NCBI GenBank assembly: GCA_041611735.1
Contig: JBFIML010000048.1
Span: forward strand, 1-29,934
Reading direction: 5' to 3'
DNA from: Myxococcota bacterium
Lineage (GTDB): Bacteria > Myxococcota_A > UBA9160 > PR03
DNA: 29,934 nucleotides
The translations under genes and the position numbers were made by a program. The notes beneath the pieces were generated by a model. It was given only the letters and a program-made list of their open reading frames with translations, was not told where the DNA came from and did not search any database. The first letter of the stretch is position 1. The number at the start of each line of letters is the position of its first letter. Positions 1-7,683 of the stretch are shown piece after piece.

Positions 1-155
1 ACGGTCAGGAAGAGGGTGGTCACCTGGAAGGCCACCCGCGTCTCGTCGTCGCGTCCCGGCGTGCAGACGGAGCAGGCCGAGGCCATGCGTGGCGCGCCGG
101 CCAGCAGCGCGCTGGCCACCCAGGCGAACGCGGCTCGCCAGACCAGGGCGCTCAC
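1..155 (-). CDS. Small membrane/exported protein with ACxxC motif, partial (runs off the window edge); last visible gene of the oxidase operon
   Basis: Not in the ORF track. GTG at 155-153 overlaps the TGA of the subunit III gene (GTGA coupling). Reads MSALVWRAAFAWVASALLAGAPRMASACSVCTPGRDDETRVAFQVTTLFLT...: signal-like segment, CSVC, then the start of a hydrophobic helix. Confidence 0.65.
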   Translation of the reverse strand, partial: MSALVWRAAFAWVASALLAGAPRMASACSVCTPGRDDETRVAFQVTTLFLT

Positions 156-760
156 AGGTACACCGTCAGGTAGAGGACCGGCCAGACGCCGACCACGAAG
201 TACCAGAAGACCTCGGCGGTGGCGAGCTGGCTGCTCGCCAGCCACCCGCCCCGCAGGCGCCGCCAGGTGGCCGCCAACAGGCCGAGCGCAATCACCGCGT
301 GCAGGGCATGCAGACCGATGATCAGGTAGAAGAAGCTGCCGAGGCTGCTGGAGGTGAGGGTCAGTCCCTGGCGGACCAGCGCCACCCACTCGACGCCCTG
401 GAAGACCACGAAGAAGGCTCCGAGGGCGATCGCGCCGAGCAGCGTCTGCCGCGCGCGCGCGCGATCGGTCTGGAAGCTGCGACGGGTGAGGCGAAGGAGC
501 ACCCCCGAGGCCAAGAGCGCCGCCGTGTTGAGGGCCGTCTCCTCCAACGGCAGGCGCGGCTGGTCGGGCGGCGGCCAGAGGGGCGAGCCGGAGCGGATGA
601 TGGCGAAGGCGCTGATCAGGCCGGCGAAGAACATCACCTCCGTCAGGACGAAGATGAGCATGCCCAGTACGGGGCTCGGCACGAGCTGGTCGCTGCGCGC
701 CCCGGAGGCGACCCGCAGCCGACTGGCTCCCCGCAAAGCCAGGGACATGACCTCCCCCAT
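152..760 (-). CDS. ctaE: Heme-copper (cytochrome c) oxidase subunit III, short form
   Basis: LGMLIFVLTEVMFFAGL, NTAALLASG, FQGVEW, FFYLIIGLHALHAV, FWYFVVGVW are subunit III motifs. An alternative start is at 748. Confidence 0.9.
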   Translation of the reverse strand: MGEVMSLALRGASRLRVASGARSDQLVPSPVLGMLIFVLTEVMFFAGLISAFAIIRSGSPLWPPPDQPRLPLEETALNTAALLASGVLLRLTRRSFQTDRARARQTLLGAIALGAFFVVFQGVEWVALVRQGLTLTSSSLGSFFYLIIGLHALHAVIALGLLAATWRRLRGGWLASSQLATAEVFWYFVVGVWPVLYLTVYL

Positions 761-769
761 GGAAAGTAG

Positions 770-1159
770 CTAGTGATGCTCGCCGGCGCCGGTGTGCCCG
801 GCGGCGGCGGCCGCCGCCGCCGCCTTCCAGGACGGCTTCTCCCACTGGGTTCCTTCGGACTTCATCACGTCGGGCGCCACGCCGGCGAAGAAGAGCAGCA
901 TGAAGACCAGGCAGGTGGCGACCAGGTAGGTGACGTAGCGCCGGGCGACGTTGAGGTGCATGAAGTTGCGGGCCACCAGGTAGGCCTTCACCACCGCGAT
1001 GCCGAAGGCGGTGATCAGCGTGACCACGCGGATCCCGATCATCGGACCCACGATGCTGATGACCAGCAACACCAGCAGGATCGCGTAGATCCGGGTGTAG
1101 TTGGGATGGTGGCCGACGTCGTATTCGTGGGTGTAGTGCTCGTCGAGAGTCTCGTTCAT
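770..1159 (-). CDS. Cytochrome c oxidase subunit IV family protein
   Basis: Only the 3' part of track ORF 770..1687 is protein-like (MNETLDEH...). It has three hydrophobic helices and the KAYLVARNFMHL motif typical of prokaryotic subunit IV. Confidence 0.85.
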   Translation of the reverse strand: MNETLDEHYTHEYDVGHHPNYTRIYAILLVLLVISIVGPMIGIRVVTLITAFGIAVVKAYLVARNFMHLNVARRYVTYLVATCLVFMLLFFAGVAPDVMKSEGTQWEKPSWKAAAAAAAAGHTGAGEHH

Positions 1160-1176
1160 GACGGGACCGTCCTGGT

Positions 1177-1752
1177 TCACTTGGCGATGTAGAGAAGCGG
1201 GAAGAGAAAGATCCAGACGATGTCGACGAAGTGCCAGTAGATCCCCACCAGCTCGACGCGGTGGAGATCCACGTTCTTCGCCGCACTTCGGGCCACGATG
1301 GCGATCACGATGATGCCGGCGATCACGTGGGAGGCGTGCAGCCCGGCGGCCGTGTAGTAGAACGACCAGAACGTACTGGCCGTGATCGTGAAACCATGGC
1401 TGATCTCCATGGTCCACTCGTAGCTCTTGACCAGCAGGAAAATCGCCCCACCGGCAAAGGTGAGCCACAACATGCGGGCGGCCCGAGGGCCGTCGCCCTC
1501 CTCCGCCGCCTTGTGGCCCAGCACCGCGAAGTAGCTCGAGGTGAGCAGCACGAAGGTGTTGAAAGCGCCGATCGGCATGCTGGTGTGCGCCGCCTGTTCG
1601 GACCAGGCATCGTGCGCCAGGCGGTGCATGATGTAGGAGGCCAGCAGCCCCCCGAAGATCACGATCTCCGAGGCGATCAGCCACCACACGGCCAGTCGGC
1701 CGGTGGGCATCCCCGCGGTTTCACGGGTAGTCGCAATCGGTCGGGCAGACAT
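1177..1752 (-). CDS. ctaE: Heme-copper oxidase subunit III, short form (second copy)
   Basis: Start MSARPIAT at 1752 with GAGGAG upstream. Motifs WWLIASEIVIFGGL, NTFVLLTSS, KSYEW, FYYTAAGLHASHV, YWHFVDIVW. Confidence 0.9.
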   Translation of the reverse strand: MSARPIATTRETAGMPTGRLAVWWLIASEIVIFGGLLASYIMHRLAHDAWSEQAAHTSMPIGAFNTFVLLTSSYFAVLGHKAAEEGDGPRAARMLWLTFAGGAIFLLVKSYEWTMEISHGFTITASTFWSFYYTAAGLHASHVIAGIIVIAIVARSAAKNVDLHRVELVGIYWHFVDIVWIFLFPLLYIAK

Positions 1753-1760
1753 GGGCTCCT

Positions 1761-3455
1761 CTACGCCGGCTCGTTCTGGGGCCAGTAGTCCGACTTGCGG
1801 CCGGGCACGCTGTACTCGTAGGGGCCGCGGTAGACGGTCGGAAGCTCCTTCCAGTTGCCGTGGGGCGGCGGCGAGTCCGCGGTCCACTCCAGTGTGTTGG
1901 CCTGCCAGGGGTTCTTGGGGGCCTTCTCGCCCCGGATCAGACTCGCGATGAAGTTGTAGAGGAACACGACCTGGAAGCCCAGCATCACCAGCAGCGCCGA
2001 GGTCGCCAGCACCCGCACGGGCTGGTAGGCCGCCAGGTCCGGATAGTTGGTGAAGTCGTAGATGCGTCGGTGCTGGCCGGCCAGCCCCAGCACGAAGAGC
2101 GGGATGAAAATCAGGTTGAACGGGATGATGGTGCCCCAGAAATGGATCTTGCCCAGCCTGTCGTTCATCATTCTTCCGAACATCTTCGGGAACCAGTAGC
2201 TGATTCCGGCGTAGAACCCGATGATCGTGATCGGGAAGAAGGTGTAGTGGAAGTGGGCCAGCACGAAGTAGGTGTCGTGCATGTAGATGTCTTCGCCGCT
2301 GGCGCCCAGGAAGATGCCCGTCACGCCGCCGATCAGGAACTCGGCGATGAAGGCGAGGGCCCACAGCATCGGCGTGTTGAGGGTGATGGATCCGCCGTAC
2401 AGCGTGGCGATGTAGACGAACATCATCTCGGCGATCGGGATCGAGATCAGCAGCGTCGTGACCGTGAACACGTGGGCCATGCGCGGATCGATGCCGGCCA
2501 CGAACTGGTGGTGGGCCCACACCGTGAAGGAGAGCACGCCGGTCGCGAACACGGTGTAGAGGATCGTGCGGTAGGCAAAGAGCTTCTTGCGCGCGAAGAC
2601 GGTGATGATCTCCGCCACGATGCCGAGCGTGGGCAGCAGCACCACGTACACCTCGGGGTGGCCGAAGAACCAGAACAGGTGCTGCCAGAGCACTGGGTCG
2701 CCGCCCCGCTGGGGGTCGAAGAAAGCGGTCCCGAGGTTCTGGTCGAAGAGCAGCATGATGGCGCCCGCGATGAGGGGCCCCACGGACGCCATGAACAGGA
2801 TGCTGGCGATGACGATCATCCAGACCACGATGGGGATGTCGTACATCTTCATTCCGGGCGCCCGGGAGTTCATGGCGGTGGTGACGAAGTTGATGCCCCC
2901 CATGAGGAAGGCCACGAATTCGAGCGCCACGGCCAAGACGAAGAGCGTCGAGCCCAAGGGAGTCAGGCTGTACGCGCCGATCGAGGAGAGGGGTGGGTAC
3001 ATGGTCCAGGCGCCGGCGAAGCCGCCCCCGGGCACGAAGAACGAGATCAGCAAGACGACTACGCTGAGCAGGAAGACCTGGTAGGAGAGCCGGTTCAGCC
3101 GCGGGAACACCATGTCGTCGCAGCCGAGCATGAGCGGGATCAGGTAGTTGCCGAAGGCGGCCAGCAGGACCGGCATGGCCACCCAGAAGATCATGATGGC
3201 GCCGTGGTTGGTGATCAGCGCGTTGTACTCGTTGGGCGAGACCACGCCGAACAGCGGCACCTCGATGCCCGGGAAGGCCAGCTGCATGCGGAAGACGTAG
3301 GCGAAGAAGCCGCCGATCAGGCCCATGAAGAGGCCCGTGAACATGTACTGCATGGCGATGATCTTGTGATCGGTCGAGAAGAGGTACTTGCGGACCCAGC
3401 CCTCCTCGTGATGACCGGCTTCTTCGTGACCGTGGGAGGGAACGGTCTCGGCCAT
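1761..3455 (-). CDS. ctaD: Cytochrome c oxidase subunit I, A1-type, with non-canonical K-channel
   Basis: Start MAETVPSH at 3455 with GGAGGAG upstream. Motifs STDHK, TNHGAIMIF, DMVFPRLN, FFGHPEVY, VWAHH, HDTYFVLAHFHY, HRR: all six metal-ligand His plus the cross-link Tyr are present. Confidence 0.95.
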   Translation of the reverse strand: MAETVPSHGHEEAGHHEEGWVRKYLFSTDHKIIAMQYMFTGLFMGLIGGFFAYVFRMQLAFPGIEVPLFGVVSPNEYNALITNHGAIMIFWVAMPVLLAAFGNYLIPLMLGCDDMVFPRLNRLSYQVFLLSVVVLLISFFVPGGGFAGAWTMYPPLSSIGAYSLTPLGSTLFVLAVALEFVAFLMGGINFVTTAMNSRAPGMKMYDIPIVVWMIVIASILFMASVGPLIAGAIMLLFDQNLGTAFFDPQRGGDPVLWQHLFWFFGHPEVYVVLLPTLGIVAEIITVFARKKLFAYRTILYTVFATGVLSFTVWAHHQFVAGIDPRMAHVFTVTTLLISIPIAEMMFVYIATLYGGSITLNTPMLWALAFIAEFLIGGVTGIFLGASGEDIYMHDTYFVLAHFHYTFFPITIIGFYAGISYWFPKMFGRMMNDRLGKIHFWGTIIPFNLIFIPLFVLGLAGQHRRIYDFTNYPDLAAYQPVRVLATSALLVMLGFQVVFLYNFIASLIRGEKAPKNPWQANTLEWTADSPPPHGNWKELPTVYRGPYEYSVPGRKSDYWPQNEPA

Positions 3456-3457
3456 GG

Positions 3458-4195
3458 CTACTCCTCCCGCGCCTGCGGCCTGGCGGCCGCGACGATCGGG
3501 GTCGGGGATTGCCCGGTCTGCTGCTGGATCCAGGCGGCGTGCTGGGCCGGCGTCTCGATGTGAATGCGGGCGCCCATCAGCCCGTGGCCGATGCCGCAGA
3601 TCTCGGCACACTGGATGTCCCACTCGCCGGTCCGGGTCGGCGTGAACCATCCCGTGATCACGCGGCCTGGGATGGCGTCTTGCTTGAGACGGAACACCGG
3701 CACCGAGAAGCTGTGCAGCACGTCCTTCGACTCGAGCTTGTAGTGGTAGAGGGTGTCGACTTCCAAGTGGAGCTCGTTCACCTTGGCGATGTCGTCCGGC
3801 GTGTCGAGGATCCGGTCCGGTCCCGGGTGCACGAACGTCCAGGCCCACTGCTGGCCGATCACCCGCACCGTCTGCTGCGGCTCGGGCAGGGCCTGCTTCA
3901 CGTCGTACCAGACGCGCACCGCGGCCACCACGATGACGACGTCGAAGACCAGCACGGCCAGGTGGGGATAGGTGATCCACTTCTTCTCGCTCTTCTGCTC
4001 CCCGGCGATGTACTGGGCCGGCACCCCCTCCCGCTTGCGGAAACGGAAGATCAGCCAGAAGAAGATCACCTGGCTGGCCACGAACCAGATGCCGACGGAG
4101 ACGAAGATCAGCGTGAAGAGGCCGTCGATGTCCCGGGCGTAGGTCGAGGCGGCCGGGACGAGACCGTCGATCATGGAAGGCAGGCGTTCGAGCAT
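3458..4195 (-). CDS. ctaC: Cytochrome c oxidase subunit II (CuA), no fused cytochrome c
   Basis: Two TM helices, GQQWAW, DVLHSF, KQDAIPG and the CuA motif CAEICGIGHGLM. The start could be the Met at 4174. Confidence 0.93.
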   Translation of the reverse strand: MLERLPSMIDGLVPAASTYARDIDGLFTLIFVSVGIWFVASQVIFFWLIFRFRKREGVPAQYIAGEQKSEKKWITYPHLAVLVFDVVIVVAAVRVWYDVKQALPEPQQTVRVIGQQWAWTFVHPGPDRILDTPDDIAKVNELHLEVDTLYHYKLESKDVLHSFSVPVFRLKQDAIPGRVITGWFTPTRTGEWDIQCAEICGIGHGLMGARIHIETPAQHAAWIQQQTGQSPTPIVAAARPQAREE

Positions 4196-4222
4196 GATGC
4201 TTTCGTCCGTCCCCGGTTGTGG

Positions 4223-4327
4223 TTACAGGATGAAGAGGAAGACCACGGCGATGAACGTCCCGACGCCCGCCATGCTGATCAGGAAGGTACGCAGCGCCAG
4301 ATCCTCTGCCGAGCGCGCTTTTGCCAT
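4223..4327 (-). CDS. 34-aa single-helix membrane microprotein
   Basis: MAKARSAEDLALRTFLISMAGVGTFIAVVFLFIL. GGAGG lies 4 nt before the ATG, and the ORF fills the gap between the cytochrome c and subunit II genes. Confidence 0.7.
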   Translation of the reverse strand: MAKARSAEDLALRTFLISMAGVGTFIAVVFLFIL

Positions 4328-4335
4328 CGAACCTC

Positions 4336-4971
4336 CTACTTCGCCTGGCCGCCGGAAAGGGTCATGATGTAGGCGACGACGTCTTTCATGGCCTGCTCGT
4401 CCTGGAGCGTAGAGGCCATGCCCCGCATGATCTGGGCATTCATGTTGGCGGGGTTCGCGGCCCGCACCCCGGACTTGTAACGCTGGAGCGAGGAAAAGAG
4501 GTACCAGTCGCTGGCGTTGTGCAGGGCCGGCGCCTTCAGGGTCTCGTTGCCGACGCCATCGACGCCGTGGCAGGCGGCGCAGGCGCCGTAGAGGGTGGCG
4601 CCACGCTGCGGATCGCCGCCCTCGACGACGGGTTCCGGAAACACCGGCGGCAGGCCCGCCACGTAGGCGGCCACGGCCCGGATCTCGCCGTCGCTCTTGA
4701 GCGCGCGGGCCATGGGGTGCATCCGAAGCCCGGCCACGTCCTCGGGGTGGATGCCGCGCAGGCCGCTCTTGAAGTTCTCGACCTGGGCGACGACGTACCA
4801 CTCCTGGAGGCCCGCGATCGAAGGAGCCAGCACCAGCGGGTTGCCCTCGCCCCGCGCCCCGTGGCACTGGACGCAGAGCTCGAAGAGCTCGGCGCCGTCC
4901 TGCGCGGCGGCCGGCCCCGCCAGCACGACCGCGGTCAGGGCCAGGGCCGCGAGATGCCTGATCGCCAGCAT
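4336..4971 (-). CDS. Periplasmic diheme class I cytochrome c (c4/c553-like)
   Basis: Signal peptide MLAIRHLAALALTAVVLAGPAAA|QD, two heme motifs CVQCH and CAACH, and axial-Met segments LRMHPMA and IMRGMA. Confidence 0.92.
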   Translation of the reverse strand: MLAIRHLAALALTAVVLAGPAAAQDGAELFELCVQCHGARGEGNPLVLAPSIAGLQEWYVVAQVENFKSGLRGIHPEDVAGLRMHPMARALKSDGEIRAVAAYVAGLPPVFPEPVVEGGDPQRGATLYGACAACHGVDGVGNETLKAPALHNASDWYLFSSLQRYKSGVRAANPANMNAQIMRGMASTLQDEQAMKDVVAYIMTLSGGQAK

Positions 4972-5039
4972 GGGGTATCCCGTCTGTGGTGTTCCGTCCG
5001 CGGGCTCCACGTCGTCGCCCGCTGGAATGAGTTTCGCCG

Positions 5040-5056
5040 GCAGGGAGTTAGCCAAA
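5040..5056 (-). promoter_or_regulatory. Possible sigma54-type -24/-12 element upstream of the cytochrome c/oxidase genes
   Basis: Minus strand TTTGGCTAACTCCCTGC has GG-N10-GC spacing about 70 nt before the ATG at 4971. It is only a partial match to TGGCAC-N5-TTGC. Confidence 0.25.
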
Positions 5057-5124
5057 GGCCGCTCGATTCTCAAGACCCGAGGGGGACCTGGGGTCAGCTT
5101 TGCGACCCGGCGAGGCAAAGAGCC

Positions 5125-5559
5125 TCAGTGCGGGGCCGGATTCACGTGGTAGAGGAGCACGTAGATCAGGACGCCCGTGCCCGAGACGTACATCCAGATG
5201 GGCCAGGCCACCCGGGCGAGGCGACGGTGTGCCTCGTCGCGCCGGGCGAGACCGAGACGGATCAGGAGGATGGCCAGCACCGGGACCGTCGCCGCCAGGG
5301 TCACATGGCTGAAGAGGATGGCCAGGTAGAAGGTCCGCACCCCCCCCTGGCCGTGGAACGGCGTGCTTTCGAAGCCCCGCCAGGCCTTGTGGAGCACGTA
5401 CAGGACCAGGAAGAGGGACGAGGCGGCGAAGGCGCTCCCCATCGCCCGGCGATGGGCGTCCACGTGCCCGCGCCGGATGCGGACCAGGCCGAGGATCAGG
5501 AGCGTCGCTGCCAGGGCGTTCAGGCTGGCGTTCAGCGCCGGCAGGAAGGAGAGATCCAC
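5125..5559 (-). CDS. DUF420 (YozB-like) membrane protein, oxidase-associated
   Basis: LPALNASLN, HRRAM, FLVLYVLH, YLAILFSH, HRRLAR, WPIWMYVSGTGVLIY match the DUF420 pattern. Confidence 0.88.
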   Translation of the reverse strand: MDLSFLPALNASLNALAATLLILGLVRIRRGHVDAHRRAMGSAFAASSLFLVLYVLHKAWRGFESTPFHGQGGVRTFYLAILFSHVTLAATVPVLAILLIRLGLARRDEAHRRLARVAWPIWMYVSGTGVLIYVLLYHVNPAPH

Positions 5560-5563
5560 TGCG

Positions 5564-6076
5564 CTATCCGGACGTCCGGATCCGGAGCCGATCCGTGTCG
5601 GGATCGTAGGTCACCAGCAGGACGCTACCCGGGGCGAGCCTCACCGTCTCCTCCAGGACCAGCGGGGCGCGCAGGCCTTGCGGGGCAGGCCCGTCGGGTT
5701 GCGCCGCGAAGCGCACCGTGAGCCGGTGCTCGCCGGGCGCCACGCGAAGCTCGCGAAAGACGTAGGCCGGCCGCTCGCCGCGCACGCCCGCCGGCTGGAT
5801 GCGCGCGTCCAGGCGCGTCTCGCCGTCCAGCGTCACCTGGAGCAGGAAGGGCAGCGTGCGTCCCTCGCAGATGCGCGGACGCCGCATGTGGGGCGGCAGC
5901 TTGGCCAGCTCCTCGGCGCTGGGCTCCCGGCACTCCTCGATGCGCTCGGGCAGCGCCCGCCAGGAGAGCCGGATGCGCGCGTCGTCCCGGGTCTCCACCG
6001 CAAAAGGCAGGCGGGAGCACAGGGCCAGGGCCAGGGCGAGTCCCAGCGCGACCGCGGCAGCCGCCAGCACCCTCAC
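5564..6076 (-). CDS. Membrane-anchored hypothetical protein coupled to the cytochrome b fusion
   Basis: GTG 6076 overlaps the upstream TGA (GTGA). It has an N-terminal hydrophobic helix, then IRLSWR...EECR...LPPHMRRPRICEGR and a beta-rich C-terminus. Confidence 0.75.
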   Translation of the reverse strand: MRVLAAAAVALGLALALALCSRLPFAVETRDDARIRLSWRALPERIEECREPSAEELAKLPPHMRRPRICEGRTLPFLLQVTLDGETRLDARIQPAGVRGERPAYVFRELRVAPGEHRLTVRFAAQPDGPAPQGLRAPLVLEETVRLAPGSVLLVTYDPDTDRLRIRTSG

Positions 6077-7641
6077 GAGGCCTCCGCCCGGGGCCGCTCG
6101 CACTCGAGCTCCACCTCGACGCGCTCCTCCGCCGGCTCCTGCTCCAGCGCCTCGATGGTGCGGCGCAGCTCCGCCAGCGCCTGCAGGACCACGCGGCGCT
6201 CGCCCTCGCCGGCGTAGACGACCCCGAGACGTCGGCGGTCCACGCTCTCGCGCAGCTCTGCCTCGCGGCCGTGGTGGAGCCGTTCCTGGAGCCACTTGGG
6301 GCCCTCGCGGCCCCAGCAGTCCCGGGGCGGACAGCTGGCCACCAGCACGCCGCCGGCACCCGAGCGCAGCAGGAACTCGATCACGGACGTGTGCAGGTGA
6401 CCGGCGCAGGTCACCGGGTGGACCAGCGCCCCGTCCACCGTGTCGCGCTCGGCGAGCCGGCCCGCGCCGCGGCGGCAGGCCAGCAGCACCACGTCGAGGG
6501 CGGCGGGGCGGCGCTGGTTCGCGAAGGCGCGGGCCCGGGCCAGCTCGTCGCGGCCGGTCTCGAGCGGGGGCCCCACCGCCATGGGCGCGCAGGAAGCCGT
6601 GCAGATGCCGCAGCTCACGCATAGCCGGGGGTCCACCTGGGCTACCCGGCGGGCCAGCTCCCCGGCCAGCTCGAGCATGGAGATGGCTCCGTAGGGGCAG
6701 TCCAGGGAGCACTGGAGACAGCCCGTGCAGAGGCGCTCGGAGGAGGCGGAGGGAGCCGGACGCTGCCCGCGGGGCGGGCGCGTCCACCAGGGCACGAGCG
6801 TGAGCAGGCCGGCGAAGCCCAGGAACAGCAGCCAGGCGGTCGCGGGCGCCAGCACACGGCTCGCGGGGAGCCAGAAGGCATAGAAGACGTCGAGCTCCAC
6901 CGTGCCGGGGACGCTCAGGGGCTCCGCCTTGGGCCCGAGCGGCGCGGGGACGAGCAGCGAGACGACGACGAGCGCCGCCAGGCTCCCCCAGAGAAGCCCC
7001 CGCGGCGGGAGGAGCACCGGCCTCGCCAGCCGCGAGACGTGGATCCAGAGCACCAGCGCGAGACCCACGGGAAGCGCGATGTGGAGGAACAGGTTCAGGA
7101 AGAAGAAGGCGCTCGGGATCGGGCGTTCGCCGACGAAGGCGCGCGCCTGGGGCTCCGAGAAGATGGGCAGCGCGTCCATCAGGCGCGCCCCCTCCACGGC
7201 GAGGACGAGCGCCTGTTCGTCCCAGAGCATTACGTAGCCGGTCCAGCCGCACACGAAGGTGCCGAACAGGAGCACCAGGCCGCTCACCCAGGCCAGCGTG
7301 CGCGGACCCCAGCTGCGGTGCTGGAGGAACATGCGCAGGGCGTGCAACCCGGCCGCCGCCACGGCGAGGTCCGCCGCGTAGCGATGCAGGGCACGGATCC
7401 AGCGCCCCGCCCAGACCTGGCCCTCCAGGCGGACCATGGACTCGTAGGGGCCGCCGATCCGGTAGAAGAGCAGCAGGTAGAGCCCGGTGGCGAGCATCAC
7501 CACGAAGCCGAGCACGGCCAGGGTGCCCGACTGGTAGAGGGGGTTGTAGCGCCAGCCGTAGAGGCGATTTGCCACGGCGTCGGCCCGGGCCAGAGGCCTC
7601 CGAAAAAGCGCGCGCGAGGCGTCTCCGAGTCTCCCCTTCAT
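6073..7641 (-). CDS. Fusion: cytochrome b/b6-like domain + 2x[4Fe-4S] ferredoxin + MvhD/FlpD-like [2Fe-2S] domain
   Basis: Heme-ligand His in RALHRY, GLHALR, FLHIAL, WIHVS, plus GWTGYVMLWD. Ferredoxin motifs CTGCLQCSLDCP and CVSCGICTASC. MvhD-like LAC...VTCAG...GAGGVLVASCPPRDCWGREG. Confidence 0.88.
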   Translation of the reverse strand: MKGRLGDASRALFRRPLARADAVANRLYGWRYNPLYQSGTLAVLGFVVMLATGLYLLLFYRIGGPYESMVRLEGQVWAGRWIRALHRYAADLAVAAAGLHALRMFLQHRSWGPRTLAWVSGLVLLFGTFVCGWTGYVMLWDEQALVLAVEGARLMDALPIFSEPQARAFVGERPIPSAFFFLNLFLHIALPVGLALVLWIHVSRLARPVLLPPRGLLWGSLAALVVVSLLVPAPLGPKAEPLSVPGTVELDVFYAFWLPASRVLAPATAWLLFLGFAGLLTLVPWWTRPPRGQRPAPSASSERLCTGCLQCSLDCPYGAISMLELAGELARRVAQVDPRLCVSCGICTASCAPMAVGPPLETGRDELARARAFANQRRPAALDVVLLACRRGAGRLAERDTVDGALVHPVTCAGHLHTSVIEFLLRSGAGGVLVASCPPRDCWGREGPKWLQERLHHGREAELRESVDRRRLGVVYAGEGERRVVLQALAELRRTIEALEQEPAEERVEVELECERPRAEAS

Positions 7642-7683
7642 TGCGACTGCATGCTAAGAGAAGTGACCAACGGGAGGTACCTC

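Noticed and set aside
1761-3455. Interpreting the K-channel-less subunit I as a pseudogene
   Set aside because: The frame is intact, all metal ligands and D-channel residues are conserved, and the whole operon is complete.
770-3980. N-terminal extensions of the track ORFs for subunits IV, III and I (to 1687, 2520, 3980)
   Set aside because: The extensions overlap the upstream genes in another frame. Internal starts with RBS or gene-abutting positions give typical lengths.
6073-7641. Calling a bc1/b6f complex or a hydrogenase
   Set aside because: There is no Rieske, cytochrome c1 or NiFe/FeFe catalytic subunit, and the PEWY motif is absent.
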